Source: Octopus sinensis
Lineage: Eukaryota
Direction: 5' to 3'
Length of the DNA: 64,000 nucleotides
Assembly: GCF_006345805.1 (NCBI RefSeq)
Contig: NC_043006.1
Location: 5,270,001 to 5,334,000, forward strand
How positions within the stretch are numbered: position 1 is the first letter of the stretch; every line of letters starts with the position of its first letter. The notes beneath the pieces are model-generated. The model was not told the origin of the DNA. It made no database searches and saw only the letters and a list, made by a program, of their open reading frames with translations. Position numbers and translations under genes: made by a program. Shown here piece by piece: positions 39,618 through 52,959 of the stretch.

Positions 39618-39622
<5 letters not shown>
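39324..39622 (-). mobile_element. second member of the 17503-19248 family: 70-bp inverted arms (39397-39466 and 39553-39622), each with a hammerhead (39412-39462 minus, 39557-39607 plus); inserted in (TA)n
   Basis: AGCTTC-CTGAAGA-TTTC atcg GAAT-GAAA-CAG..CTG-TA-GAAGCT; same tail as 19180-19248 in reverse. Confidence 0.85.
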
Positions 39623-39692
<70 letters not shown>

Positions 39693-40652
39693 CATACATA
39701 CACATATACGCATTGATAGATAGATATGTTCATATATAGTGGTGGTAGGCGTGTATATATAACTAAAGAAAAAGGAAGAAAGGGCCACAATAAAGAACGG
39801 GGCCAAAAAATAGTTAGAAATCATTATAGGGTAGTTTATGAGTTCGAGGAAGTCATCGAATGAATTAGAAATAACGATTAAGAAAATAGTTGAGATAAAT
39901 TCAAGAAATAACAAAGACAAAGTTCCTATAAGAATCCAGGTGAGCTTGTTAATGAATTCAGAATAGTTATAAACTGAGATAAAGGAAACATAAAATCGAA
40001 GTAGCTGAAACGTCAAACAGATTTATTAGATAAGAGATAAGAAAGGTGTACCCTTTTGAAAAGACTCCCTGTGGAAATAATAACTGTATAATGTGGTAGA
40101 GGAATTCAAAAACAGATTGTAAAATTAGAAATGAAGAATAATATGGGGGAAATGCATGGAAGGCATAACTCTAAAGAAAAAAGAAACCTAGGTCAGTACC
40201 TAGATCAGTGCAAATGAGAAAGAGGAAGGTTTCATAAAAAAGCTATGTGGTAAAATTCAGCCACATATCCGCTTAATAAAGTATGCGATATGCATATTTG
40301 AGACAGGGAATGAACGCAACAGAAATATGAATGAAGTAGCAAATATTCCACCACCATCACTACCTGGCCCCCAATCATAAATTCCCTACCATTATAAAAT
40401 ATTAGCTTATGAGCGTGTTTGTGTGTGATTGTTTCTTTGTTTATGCGCGGGTGTGTTTGTTATATATATATGAGAATTTCATATACGTAGAAAGGATAGA
40501 AATTTTTGCTGAAACAATAATCGAAATGTTAAAAGTTCAAAATCACTGAACATCTAAGTAAACAGCAAACACAAGGTACAGACAAACTCGCAAATAGAGG
40601 CATAGACCAGGCAACCCCCAAAACACATACAAAAAGTAATCAATCTATTTAG

Positions 40653-41038
40653 TATGGAAGCACTCCGTCGGTTACGACGACGAGGGTTCCAGTTGATCCG
40701 ATCAACGGAACAGCCTGCTCGTGAAATTAACGTGTAAGTGGCTGAGCACTCCACAGACACGTGTACCCTTAACGTAGTTCTCGGAGATATGCAGCGTGAC
40801 ACAGAGAGTGACAAGGCGGGCCCTTTTGAAATACAGGTACAACAGAAACAGGAAGTAAGAGTGAGAGAAAGTTGTGGTGAAAGAGTACAGCAGGGATCAC
40901 CCCACCCCTGCCGGAGCCTCGTGGACACTTTAGGTGTTTTCGCTCAATAAACACTCACAACGCCCGGTCTGGGAATCGAAACCGCGATCCTATGACCGCG
41001 AGTCCGCTGCCCTAACCACTGGGCCATTGCGCCTCCAC
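40653..41038 (-). mobile_element. SINE family A with ~15-bp TSD
   Basis: AATCAAT(C/T)TATTTAG at 40638-40652 and 41039-41053. Confidence 0.92.
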
Positions 41039-41454
41039 AATCAATTTATTTAGAACGACTCATACACTCGCTTACATTTTCCAAATACGGATAAATAATA
41101 AACAGAAAGAAAAAGGCAGAGAAACAAGTTTGTGAATGAAGTAAAGTAGATCAGGAGACGTCATCGATGAAGCTCTTTGGGGAATCTATTGACTGATTGA
41201 TCAGATCTGATAACAAATAGAAATGAGACACAAAGAGTGTTTAGCTTTACTTCCAAAACGACTCTGCTAAGTATAACGGAGGAATCGACGTAAGCTTAAA
41301 TAGGGAAACCGCGATATGGCGAGGGGTTACTGTATAGTTTTCTACTAGGCGAGAGTTTATAGAGGCAACTTCTTCATAGATTGTTGCATCTGCATGAACA
41401 CAGAGTTTCATTTATATTCGTGGTGTAGCCATTGTGACCTTCAAGTTTGGATCT

Positions 41455-41707
41455 TGTGAAAGGTAGGAGAGTCCAGTTTGCTGGACATTGTTGTAGAGCT
41501 GAAAAAGAAGTAATTTCTACTCTTCTCCTCTGGAAGCCATCTACTCGCAATACCAGACGGCGCACACTCTCCTGCCTTGATGTAATCTCCAGGGATACAG
41601 GCATCCAGCAACAGGACCTCCGTAATGCCATGATGGACCGTGAAGTCTGGCGTAGCATGGTAAATTCCATTGTCTCGACCACGGTCGAACAATGATGATG
41701 ATGATGA
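41455..41707 (+). mobile_element. 5'-truncated RTE-group LINE 3' end with (TGA)n tail and 8-bp TSD
   Basis: RRVQFAGHCCR..LLW..AMMDREVWR then stop and (TGA)n; TTGGATCT at 41447-41454 and 41708-41715. Confidence 0.85.
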
Positions 41708-42514
41708 TTGGATCTGTTTAAATGTCTTCTGTGGTTCTGACCGAAGACATACAAAACTCTTCAACTTGTTGATTATCTATTCTGCTGTCTTTCTCCAGTG
41801 AAATCTCACTCTCGAGATTTTTGGTGAAAGCATTTTTGCTGCCTTCAACATCAAGTCTTTTATTTGTGCCTAACATGTCGGAATCTTCCGACAATACTGT
41901 CTACTTATAAACTATATCTATCTCTCTTCTTTTGGATCGGTGGCTTCCTATCAGAACGAACGATCGATCATTTCTTATGCTAATAAAGCGCTCTTTCTGC
42001 CTCTCTCTCTCCCCCTCCCCCTCCCTCTCTTTCTCCCCCCTCTCTCTGATTCACGCTCTATCAACACTTGTGTTCCCTAGATCCGGTTTTCTCCCTACTA
42101 GTATCACTCATATGCAATAGAAACTTCTGCCAAATCGGTTTGAACTTCAGAAACAGAGACCTTGGAGACATCCTACAAACGAGTTATGCAAATCCGGTCC
42201 CCTTTAACAGTAACATGAGCAACACAAACAACAACAATAATGCTCATATCAAGAAAACATTATCATCACCCTGCCCACCTCCTTAAACACGAACAACAGG
42301 CTATTAAATGCCTTACCGAAGATATCTCTTGGCGAACCTACATATTCAACATAGCAAAACCCTGCCTTCTTCTTCTCATCCCCAACAACTTCTAAATATT
42401 TACAATATTGAGACCCACGATGAAGTTCTGCTTCTGCACCTAAAACAGTGCTATTACTACTGGTGCAACTTGTGTTATTACTGTACAAGTTTACCTAGGG
42501 GTGAGTAACATATA

Positions 42515-43373
42515 GCGGATGCGGTGAATAAACTGTCGTCTAAATTACGCAAAAATGAAAATAACTCTCACAACTCATTTTAACAGATTATTTTTACCAA
42601 AATTACTTTAAAATATCTTGAAATACTAAAGAGTAAATTTATTCAATAAAATCGCTATTGACTTCAACCACGGTGTCCAGACGACTTTGGAATCTCCTGC
42701 AACTCTTCTGGACAGTTTCCTTCTTTAAGTTGGTGAATGCTGCCATAATCTTTGCCTTTAATTCATTTTTGGAGTTACAAAGAGATTTGTTGGTCTCTCG
42801 GTCAAATGCGCCCCACACATAATAACCAAGGGGGTTGCAGTCTGGGGAGTTAGGTGGCCAGATGTTAGGGATGATGTGGTTCGGAAATTATCTGACAGCC
42901 ATGACTGGTTCTTCTGCTTGTGTGGCAAGGTACAGAGTCCTGTTGCCAGACATTGAGTTGTCCAGCACCCTCTCGACCCAGGGCAGCACTACTTCCTCCG
43001 GGCACTTAATGCAGGCCTCCGTGTTGAGTGTGAGGCCGTTTGGGAAGATGAACGGAGGCATAACGTCGGAACCACAAGTGATCGCTCCAAACATCATGAT
43101 GTTGACTGGATGTTTGATTGTTATCACTCTCGGTACATGTCCTCAGATTGCTCAGATTGACACCCAAATAGTTTGAAATGTTCGTTTTGGAGCTTCCGGC
43201 GCGAATGCCAAGTTGTACAGCATGTCCTTTCCAAATTTCTGGCAAAGTGAATTGCATCATGGTGCTGTTCTTCTCAAGGACGGTGCCCAAATGACCCTAC
43301 TTATACTGTGTAGTCTACAAAATCAAAAACAAAGAATGCGCACGCACGAAATCCAAAATATAAAATGGTGACA

Positions 43374-43377
<4 letters not shown>
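42515..43377 (-). mobile_element. second copy of the maT-like non-autonomous element
   Basis: Reverse-complement similarity to 27110-28000; ORFs KHPVNIMMFGAITC and FTLPEIWK. Confidence 0.88.
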
Positions 43378-43433
<56 letters not shown>

Positions 43434-43462
43434 GTGTGTGTGTGTGTGTGAGTGTGTGTATT

Positions 43463-43660
43463 TTTTATTCTTTTACTCGTTTCGATCATTTGATTGCGGT
43501 CATGCTGGAACACCGCCTTTAAGATCTTCATAGTCGAAGAAATCGACTCCAGGACCTATTCTTTGTAAGCCGAGAACTTATTCTACTGTTAAGTTACGGG
43601 GACGTAAGCACCAGCATCGGTTGTCAAGTGATGATGGGAGGACAAACATAGACACACACA
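43463..43660 (-). mobile_element. SINE family C 3' fragment
   Basis: GCGGTCATGCTGGAACACCGCC and flanking sequence match the family C tail. Confidence 0.75.
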
Positions 43661-43703
43661 CTCTCTCTGTCACACGCATACTGTCACTCTCTCACTATAC
43701 ATA

Positions 43704-43739
<36 letters not shown>

Positions 43740-43835
43740 TGTATGTATGTATGTATGTATGTATGTGTCTGTGTGTACTTACATGCGTGCATACATACAT
43801 ACATATATACATACATGCATACAAGCATACATACA

Positions 43836-43871
<36 letters not shown>

Positions 43872-43922
43872 CATACATACATACATACATACATGTATGC
43901 ATACATCTATTATTGGCATGTT

Positions 43923-44296
43923 GGTGCAGGCGTGAGTGTGTGTTAAGAAGTTTGCTCACCACGCGGTTCCGGGTTCAGTTTCACTGCGCGGCGCCTTGTT
44001 CAAGAGTTTTCTACACTTCTACAATAGCCCTGAGTTGACCAGATCCTCATGAGTGGATTTGGCAGACGAAAACTGAAAGAAGCCCGTCGAGTATGTATGT
44101 ATATATGTATATATGTATTTCATTATTCAGTTTATTTCAAGATTTTTTGCCAGTAAAGAACCGGTTTCTAACCTAGATCCAAAGCTCTTTCCTTAGATCT
44201 AGGTTCCATCAACAACAGGGTATTTTTGTGTGTATGTATGTATGTATGTATGTATGTATGTATGTATGTATGTATGGATGGATGGATGGATGGATG

Positions 44297-44358
<62 letters not shown>

Positions 44359-44570
44359 CCCATATGTGTGAGATAGTGTTTGTCCTCCAATACTGCTTGA
44401 CAACAGCTGTTGGTCTGTTTACGGCCTCGTAACGTAGCGATTTGCAAAAGTGAACGAAATAAGTCCTATGCTTTAAGGTACGTACTGCGGTCAATTTTCT
44501 CGGTTAAAAATCCTTCATGCGTCAAGTGGTGAACCAGCATGGCCACAATCCATTTACTGAAACAAGTGAC
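43923..44570 (+). mobile_element. SINE family C with expanded internal microsatellites and nested ~105-bp insert (44118-44226)
   Basis: Head 43923-44090 and tail ~44365-44570. Confidence 0.8.
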
Positions 44571-44862
44571 ATATTTTGTCTCTCCTGGTTTTTTTCTCTA
44601 CCTGAACACCTTACCTCTCTCCTCTGTGCGTATATATATACACACACACACACACACACCACACACACACACACATCCTTCCTTAGTGCTTTCATTCGTC
44701 TACGAACTCGACAAGACAAAATGAAAATTGTCTTGACGAATTGGTAAACGAACGTAAGCTCTAATAAAGGATAATCCAAAATTCTGACTGCCTCCTTTTT
44801 TATCAATATACAATATTTATACACCACTTCAAACACTTAATACATATATACATACATAAATA

Positions 44863-44896
<34 letters not shown>

Positions 44897-44897
<1 letters not shown>

Positions 44898-45282
44898 TTC
44901 ATACGAGCAAAACGCCCCCCGTCCAATGGACGGTGCTGAGTTGTCAAACATTCAAACCAAATTTTCTCAAAACAACTTGTCCGACCGTCCCATAGGCCTC
45001 CCCTTTGAGAAACACTGATTTAACCTAAATTTGAGACACCAGCAAAAGAAGAAATAAAGATAGACTTTTTTTTATGTACTTGCGCGTACAAGTGCACGTT
45101 CCCACGGCTTTATCGATCGCATTCTCAACTGGGATTGATTTTTGTAATTTTTTAAAGACTTATACACGCCCTTATACCGTCGGTCTCTACATATCAAATT
45201 TGAGCGCAATCGGATGGAGGATGCCCGAGATCCTAGAAAACACACACACACACAGACAGACAGAACAGATTTTATATAATAT
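44897..45282 (-). mobile_element. Helitron-like non-autonomous element fragment
   Basis: ..AAATTTGAGCGCAATCGG..(CA)n/(CAGA)n..TTTTATATAATATA layout typical of microsatellite-bearing rolling-circle elements. Confidence 0.45.
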
Positions 45283-45471
45283 ATGGGTAAGATTATTAAT
45301 AATAATAATTTTACTAAGTAGTCAGTACGTTAAAAAAACCATTTTAGGTAAATTATACAAAATATTCTATGGTTATATACATAATTATAATAAGGGGTCG
45401 GCGAGGCAATTGGGCGCCGACCCTCCATTATAATTATGTATATAATTATAGAATGTTTATATATACATACA

Positions 45472-45566
<95 letters not shown>

Positions 45567-45591
45567 ATATATATATATGTATATATATATA

Positions 45592-45794
45592 TTCTTTTTA
45601 CTCTCTCTTTTACTTGTTTCAGTCATTTGACTGCGGCCATGCTGGAGCACCGCCTTTAATCGAGCAACTCGATCCCGGAACATATTCTTTTTGTAAGCCC
45701 TGTACTTATTCTATCGGTCTCTTTTGCCGAACCGCTAAGTAACGGGGACATAAACACACCAGCATAGGGGGACAAACACAGACACACACACACA

Positions 45795-45834
<40 letters not shown>

Positions 45835-45952
45835 TACGACGGGCTTCTTTCAGTTTCCGTCTACCAAATCCACTCACAGGGCTTTGGTCGGCCCGAGGCT
45901 ATAGTAGAAGACACTTGCCCAAGGTACCACGCAGTGGGACTGAACCCGGAAG
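45592..45952 (-). mobile_element. SINE family C lacking most of its head
   Basis: Reverse-complement match to family C. Confidence 0.88.
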
Positions 45953-45953
45953 C

Positions 45954-45997
<44 letters not shown>

Positions 45998-46419
45998 GCA
46001 CACACACATTCCTGTATGTATGTGGGTATGCTCGTATGTATATAACAAGTTTATACTTCTATAATGCACATCTTTTTACCAATTCAACAACGTTTTTTAG
46101 TCAGCCTCTTTTACTATAAAAATATCTATTATTCCAGCTTCCACAGAAATGTTTTAATATTTCCCTTGAACAAAATCTACTTAGGTCGACGAGTGGGACC
46201 ATTTGATCCTTTCCTTGTCCCGGCTCTATTATAATATGTAAACTACGTTGAAAATAACAACAGACTTATATACCCAAGGCCTCTTTAACAGTTGAATCTA
46301 GGCGTTTGCTGTACGGTGCTTCTTTACCACAGGAAAAGATACGCATTCCGGTCTCTTTAATACTTTTGCCTGACACAGGCGCACTCTTCCTCTCTTTCTG
46401 TTTCTCTCTCTCTCTCTTC

Positions 46420-46563
46420 TCAGTCACACACACATTCCTCACTCACTCACTCACTCACTCACTCACTCACTCACACACTCACTCACTCACTCACTCACTC
46501 ACTCACTCACACACTCACTCACTCACTCACTCACTCACTCACACACTCACACACCATCCATCC

Positions 46564-46632
<69 letters not shown>

Positions 46633-46655
46633 CCTACCTATCTATCCATCTATCC

Positions 46656-46700
<45 letters not shown>

Positions 46701-46713
46701 CCTACCTATCTAC

Positions 46714-46777
<64 letters not shown>
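46420..46777. repeat. (CACT)n then (TATC)n microsatellites
   Basis: Seen directly in sequence. Confidence 0.97.
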
Positions 46778-47017
46778 TTGACACAAAAAGCATCATCGTT
46801 TTTCACAATAAACTGGATTCTGTTAACCGGGTAAATTTAACACATTTCAATAATTTAACACGCCATAATATATTTTCGTAATCATTGAAAGAAGAGACAT
46901 TCCATGATTCACAGGCATATTATAAACGACTTCGAGTTGGTATGACAACTCCTTCTAGAAATGTGAATGCATAGATAAATATATGTGTAGAACAATTTCT
47001 TAATATTTTATCATACA

Positions 47018-47855
47018 GGCGTGGGCGTGGGTGTATGGTTAAGGAGCTTGCTTCCAGACGATGCCGTCTTGGGTTCAGTCCCATTGCGCAGCACCATCGG
47101 CAAATATCTTCCACAATGGTCGGGTAGACCAAGCCTTGTGAGTGGATTTAGTAGCCGGAAATTGAAAGATGTTCATCGTATGTATGTATGCATGTATGTA
47201 TGTATGTATGTATGTATGTATGTATGTATGTACGTATGTATGTATGCATGTATGTATGTATGTATGTATGTATGTATGTATGTATGTATGTATGTATGTA
47301 TGTATGTATGTATGTATGTATGCATGTATGTATGTATGCATGTATGCATGTATGTATGTATGTATGTATGTATGTATGCATGTATGTATGTATGCATGTA
47401 TGCATGTATGTATGTATGTATGTATGTATGCATGTATGTATGTATGTATGTATGTACGCATGTATGTATGTATGTATGTATGTATGTATTTATGTATGTA
47501 TGTATGTATGTATGTATGTATGTATGTATGTACGTATGTATGTATGTATGTATGCCTGCATGTATGTATGTTTATGTATTATGTATGTATGCATGTATGT
47601 ATGCATGTATGTATGCATGTATGTATGCATGTATGTATGTATGTACGTACGTATGTATGCATGCCTGTATGTATATATGTATGTGTGTGTGTATACAAAT
47701 AGGTATGTATATATATAAATATACATACATACATATATATATATATATGTATGTGTGTCTGTGTGTGTGTGTTTTTGTCTGTTGTGCTAAGCCAGCACAG
47801 ATGACAAGTGCTGTTGGTTTGTTTACATCCCCTGAACTTGCCTATTCGGCAACAG
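47018..47855 (+). mobile_element. SINE family C with ~570-bp internal (TATG)n expansion
   Basis: Head 47018-47178; the element resumes at ~47755. Confidence 0.8.
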
Positions 47856-47973
47856 ACACACACGCACACATGCGACATAGGCACACCTATATAAAACTAT
47901 TATGTATGATATGCATACATACATACGTTAGTACGTACATACATACATACATACATACATACATACATACATA

Positions 47974-48165
47974 GTTAATCCAAACATGAAAACACAAAGA
48001 GAAAACACAACAACGCGAGTACGTGGAACAAATACAGTGTTATTGGACGCTCAGGAAAAGAAAGAAAGAAGGAGGATTTAACGTTTCGAGCGGAGCTCTT
48101 CGTCAGAAACATAGGAAAAGGAAAGATCCAAGGAAGGGAAGATGGAGGAAAGAAATTGCCAACGA
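47974..48165 (-). mobile_element. short PLE terminal-repeat insert with intact minimal hammerhead (48076-48110)
   Basis: Reverse complement: GTTT-CTGACGA-A-GAGC tcc GCTC-GAAACGTT-AAAT; 3' end abuts (TACA)n. Confidence 0.78.
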
Positions 48166-48199
48166 TGAGTGTTCTTGAAGCCACTGTAAGTTGCAAAGT

Positions 48200-49815
48200 A
48201 CCACTCGTCGATGGTATTCCTCAGACATGCTCAAGAAAAGTGAACAAAAACTCTGCAATGAGCTTGTCTTTCTAATGAGTGTGTACCTCAAGATCTCAAG
48301 GACGCTGTGATAGTCACAGTTTACAAAAGCGGAGGGATCGAGTAGAATGTGGGAACCACGGTTGCATTTTTCTGTTCGCCATTGCTGGCAAGGTGTTCAT
48401 GAAAATCGTTCGCAATCGGCTAAAAAATATCTCAGAGCAAGTCTTACCAGAGAGTCAATGTGTGTCTATGCCAGGGAGATCAACTACTGACATGATATTC
48501 TCACTATGACAACTATAGGAGAAAATAGCGGAGCTACACCAATCCCGCTTGGTGGTGTTTGTGGACTTTTCCTTGGCATATGACATGGTAGGCCGAGAAA
48601 CTCTTTCGAGGAGCCAAAGACTTGTGGATGTCCTTCCACACAGGAATGAAAGGACTAGTATCATTGGTGGAGAATTCGGTGAAACGTTTGTATTAAACCA
48701 TGGCGGGATGCAGAGGTGCGTGTTTGTCCCTGCACTCTTCTCTTTACCTAGCCGCTGTTCTTGACACCATGAGGGTCAATCTGCACCAGGGAGTTTTCAT
48801 ACACCCAAGAACAGACGGGAAACTTTTCAACTCGACCCGTCTTGGTACCATCTCCTCTGTGTTAGGGAGCTGCTCTACGTAGATGACTCAGCACTCATGG
48901 CCAGCAACACTGAGGACATACAAGACATTGTGGAACGGTTTCTTTGGGCAGTAGACATGTTTGGTCTCAAGGTTTGCACTTCGAAGACTGAGCTGTTTTA
49001 CCTGCCCTCACCAAGCCTTTCTTATAGATCGAGAGAACACAAGCTTGTGATACAACACAGAGAGCCTACAAAGTACACCGTAGCCTTTACATATCGCGGC
49101 AGCTCAGTGACTTGCACTAACTCTTGTGATCTTAAAGTTGAGAGGCGAATACAGTCTGCTAGAGAAGCTTTTGGCTCTCTCGGGAAGATTCTATGCAGCC
49201 GCCATGACATTACCTGCAGCAGAAAGATAAAGGTATGCAGTGCTGTGGTATTCCCTTGCATTATCTACGCCACGAAATACATTACTTTCTACCACCTTCA
49301 CAGCAAGGGCCTGGCGCGAGTCCAGGTTCGTGATCTGCGCTCCGTCTCGTATATTAGATGGCGGGTTCGAATTTCTGTAATAGAGGTCCTGCTTCGCACT
49401 GGCGCTGCAGTTAGTGTGGAGGTCCTAATTACCTCATCGAAGCTGCACCGAGAGAGAAAATGTTTTCACAATAGAGGGCGACAGGCTCTCAAAGGCCCTT
49501 TTCAACGCTGAACTGCGTCAGGGACAAGATGAGCCTTGCTGGCCAAACGTTGCGATATAAAGGTGTGCTGCAGAGACATATGAAGAACTCTGTCGTCACC
49601 CCAGACACCTGGAGCAGAAGGGCCAGCGGTGCAATAAATGGTACCGATCACCGAAACTCGTAATTCTAGCCATTGGAGAGAAACAACAGAGGGAATACGA
49701 AAGAGTATTCAAGTTAAAAATCTACTTTTACGTTGACGCAAGTAAATTCACCCGCAACTGAGGTCGTCGCTGCTGCAGACCAAGAGCAGGCTTTGTTGCC
49801 CACATGCGATCTTGC
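48200..49815 (+). mobile_element. decayed RTE (BovB-like) LINE RT fragment
   Basis: LPESQC..GRSTTDMIFSL, FVDFSLAYD, ELLYVDDSAL and VERRIQSAREAFG motifs, with frameshifts. Confidence 0.9.
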
Positions 49816-50154
49816 CAGAGACATAAACACACACACACACACACACACTCACACACACATGCACACACTCAGTGGCACGCACGCACACACGCATACACAC
49901 ACGTATACAAATGCATTTATATATACAGATAAATGCAGATATACGTGGATATATATATACATACATATATATATATATATTATATTAAATTAGAGACACA
50001 CGCATACACACACACACACACACACACACCCATATATATATTATATCTATATATATATATATTTATACATACGTATTTGTGTGAGTATATGTATGTATGT
50101 TTATGTGTATGTGCATATGTATTTGTATGTACATATACATACGTATATGTGCCT

Positions 50155-50265
50155 CGGTAAGAATGGAAGTATTTGATGCTTCGAGCCTACGCTCTTCGTC
50201 AGAAAGGATTGAGAGGGAAAAAGGAGAATGAATGAAAAAAAAACGGTAAGAGAACAAATGTGTAA
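50155..50265 (-). mobile_element. short PLE terminal-repeat relic with degenerate hammerhead (50171-50206)
   Basis: Reverse complement: CTTT-CTGACGA-AGAGC gtag GCTC-GAAGCATC; related to 732-767. Confidence 0.6.
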
Positions 50266-50299
50266 TACACACACACACACACACACGTATATATTCATA

Positions 50300-50640
50300 G
50301 GAAATACGACGTTATGGGATGCTACAGGAAGTCTGTAAAGACGCTGGTTGGAGTGCAGTACGCTTTCTGTGAGGGCTTTTATCGAAATCATGCTTACGTG
50401 GATCGCTGCTATGCACCAGTGTGGTGCATCGTCAACTTCACGCCATCTTAAAAGAAATCCAGTCAACAGGTGTAACGGCCAGCCATTGGATATGGTTAAA
50501 AATGGATGATGAAACCTTGTTACAGAAGTTATATTTAGGTATGGTGTAGGTATCTGCTTGCCGATATATCATGTCAGACCTGCATGACTCCAAAGTTTGA
50601 ATCGTGGTGTTCAACCTGAGATGAAGTACTTAAGATCGAA
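50300..50640 (+). mobile_element. 3' fragment of an RLE LINE (HERO/NeSL-like)
   Basis: Manual translation gives VCKDAGWSAVRF and TASHWIWLK, resembling the C-terminus of HERO-type endonucleases. Confidence 0.5.
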
Positions 50641-50839
50641 TGTCGATGGTGAAATACTAGTCCGTCCATCCTGAATGTGGGGCCTCACAACAGGGAGAAC
50701 CATGTATATGAAATATATTAAACTACAAACTTCAAAGAAAATATTAATGTTTTTTTGCTGTGAACAGATGAAAATTCACTCATTCGCTTTGCCTGCGTGT
50801 AAATCTATGTACACCATTAATTATTGGAGTGTGTGTATG

Positions 50840-50891
<52 letters not shown>

Positions 50892-51044
50892 ACTCATGTG
50901 CATGCTAGTGCGAGTGTGTCTGGGTGGGTGTGTATATTTTGCATAAAACACTACATAGGTGCCAATGTTTCAAGTCTAACGGCTTTATTCGGGAACTACT
51001 GTGCCTCTAAGGGAATTCATTTGTTAAGGTTATCTGAACAGATA

Positions 51045-51123
51045 GGCGCAGGAGTGGCAGTGTTGTAACTGACCACAGCCTTGTGAGTGGATTTGGTGGA
51101 CGGAAACTCAAAGAAGCTCGTCG

Positions 51124-51157
<34 letters not shown>

Positions 51158-51495
51158 TGTATGTATGTATATATATATATATATATATAATATATATATA
51201 ATATATATATATATATATGCATGTATGTATGTTTATATATATATATATATATTATATTGGTAGTTATGTGTTTGTTGTGGTGTGTGTGTGTGTCTGTGTG
51301 TCTGTGTCTGTGTGATTGTGTGTCAGTGTTTGTCCCCCTAGCATTGCTTGACAACCGATGCTGGTGTGTTTATGTCCCCGTCACTTAACGGTTTGGCAAA
51401 AGAGACGGATAGAATAAATATTGGGCTTACAAAAGAATAAGTCCCGGGGTCGAGTTGCTCGACTAAAGGCGGTGCTCTAAAGGCGGTGCTCCAGC
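51045..51495 (+). mobile_element. SINE family C with deletion in head
   Basis: Matches family C. Confidence 0.85.
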
Positions 51496-51496
51496 A

Positions 51497-51611
51497 AGTT
51501 AGATAAGGGGTGCGTATTATACACAAGGTTTAGGTTTTTCAGAGGTACAGACCTCTAAAAATCCTCTGCGTATTATAGTCATGGGCGGACTATATTCGAG
51601 GATTTATGGTA
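51497..51611. mobile_element. one end of a pogo/Tc2-like MITE
   Basis: TGCGTATTATA subterminal repeats and terminus ..ATTCGAGGATTTATGG followed by TA. Confidence 0.55.
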
Positions 51612-51794
51612 TATTAAACATTTTTATATGTGAACGCCGTGTTCTGCTGTGTTAGCAGTGCGCTTTACATCCCTTGTTAAGGTTATCTCAACAGACATTC
51701 TATAGAAATTATAAGCCAGCGCTGAATTTTGTAGCGACGTTTCGTATCCGATACGTCAGATGTAAACAATTAGATTAAGATGGAAAAATACTAA

Positions 51795-51844
51795 CAGATG
51801 TATATGCTATATTTCGGGAGTTTTCTCTCCTTAATCAGCATGTG
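51795..51844 (-). ncRNA. degenerate type-I hammerhead motif (core CUGAUUA)
   Basis: Reverse complement: CACATG-CTGATTA-AGGAG agaaaa CTCCC-GAAA-TAT agc ATA-TA-CATCTG. A second partial motif lies at 51733-51762. Confidence 0.5.
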
Positions 51845-52228
51845 TGGATAATGAAACTGTTAGTTGGTAAGTCATTAATATCTACGGGAAGCATTAGACC
51901 CGAATCGATGGCAAATAATTAGGTCTTCATGGAAAATGTAGGATTTTTACTCTGATTTTAATATTTATTGAGTTTTTTTTTTGCATGAAGAACCTTTTTA
52001 TTCTTTGGATTAAAATGCAAACATACTTATATATACACACATATATTCACACCGTGTCTGCGTGCGTTTGTAGGGATTTAAAATTAACATATAACGATTA
52101 TATACTTTCATACATACACTCATATGTATATACACACACATGCACGCACACACACTCACACACACACACATATATATACACACATACATGTGTGTGTATG
52201 TGTGTGTGTGTGTGGTGTGTGTGTGTGT

Positions 52229-52285
<57 letters not shown>

Positions 52286-52491
52286 AGTGTGGATGTATGT
52301 ATGAATTAAAGCGAAACAATACAATGGTCAGACGCATGATTTCGAGTTCATGTGTGTTGGATTCAAACCTAGTGTTTGGGTTTGTTTCTTTGTTTTTGTG
52401 GACAGGTCTGTAAATTCTATGAAAATCAGCAGTAAACAGTTTCGTTTCTGGTATCTTTTTTTATCTGCTGAATACAAAGACCCGGCACTTC

Positions 52492-52580
<89 letters not shown>

Positions 52581-52959
52581 GTGAAGAATAAGCATCATTC
52601 ATAGAAATTTTCGGACTGATCAGGTGTGAAGTGATTTTCAAATGCAACATGAACTTTTGAGGATACTTCATTCGTTTTTACCCCCAAAGGGAAAGGCAGT
52701 ACAAAGGCCCATTTTTCTCCCCTAATGAGAAGGCAGGAACCCATTCTTAAGCAAATATACAATCTGAATGCTTCCAACTCATAAAACTTCACAAAAGAAT
52801 TCAAGGGCCAAGTGGTATTGTTAGATCTGGAAACGGATTAAATTTACCAACCGCTTGGCTGAATATTTCATTTAATAGCTTCTTAGAAATGTCACTTTTA
52901 GTGTTGGTTTGGTCAGAAGATTTAAACGGTTTTTATATATTCATATGGGTTTATAAAGC

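Noticed and set aside
39720-40300. Possible old PLE RT relic on the minus strand (FDVS, LELI..NYF)
   Set aside because: The motif hints are too short to call.
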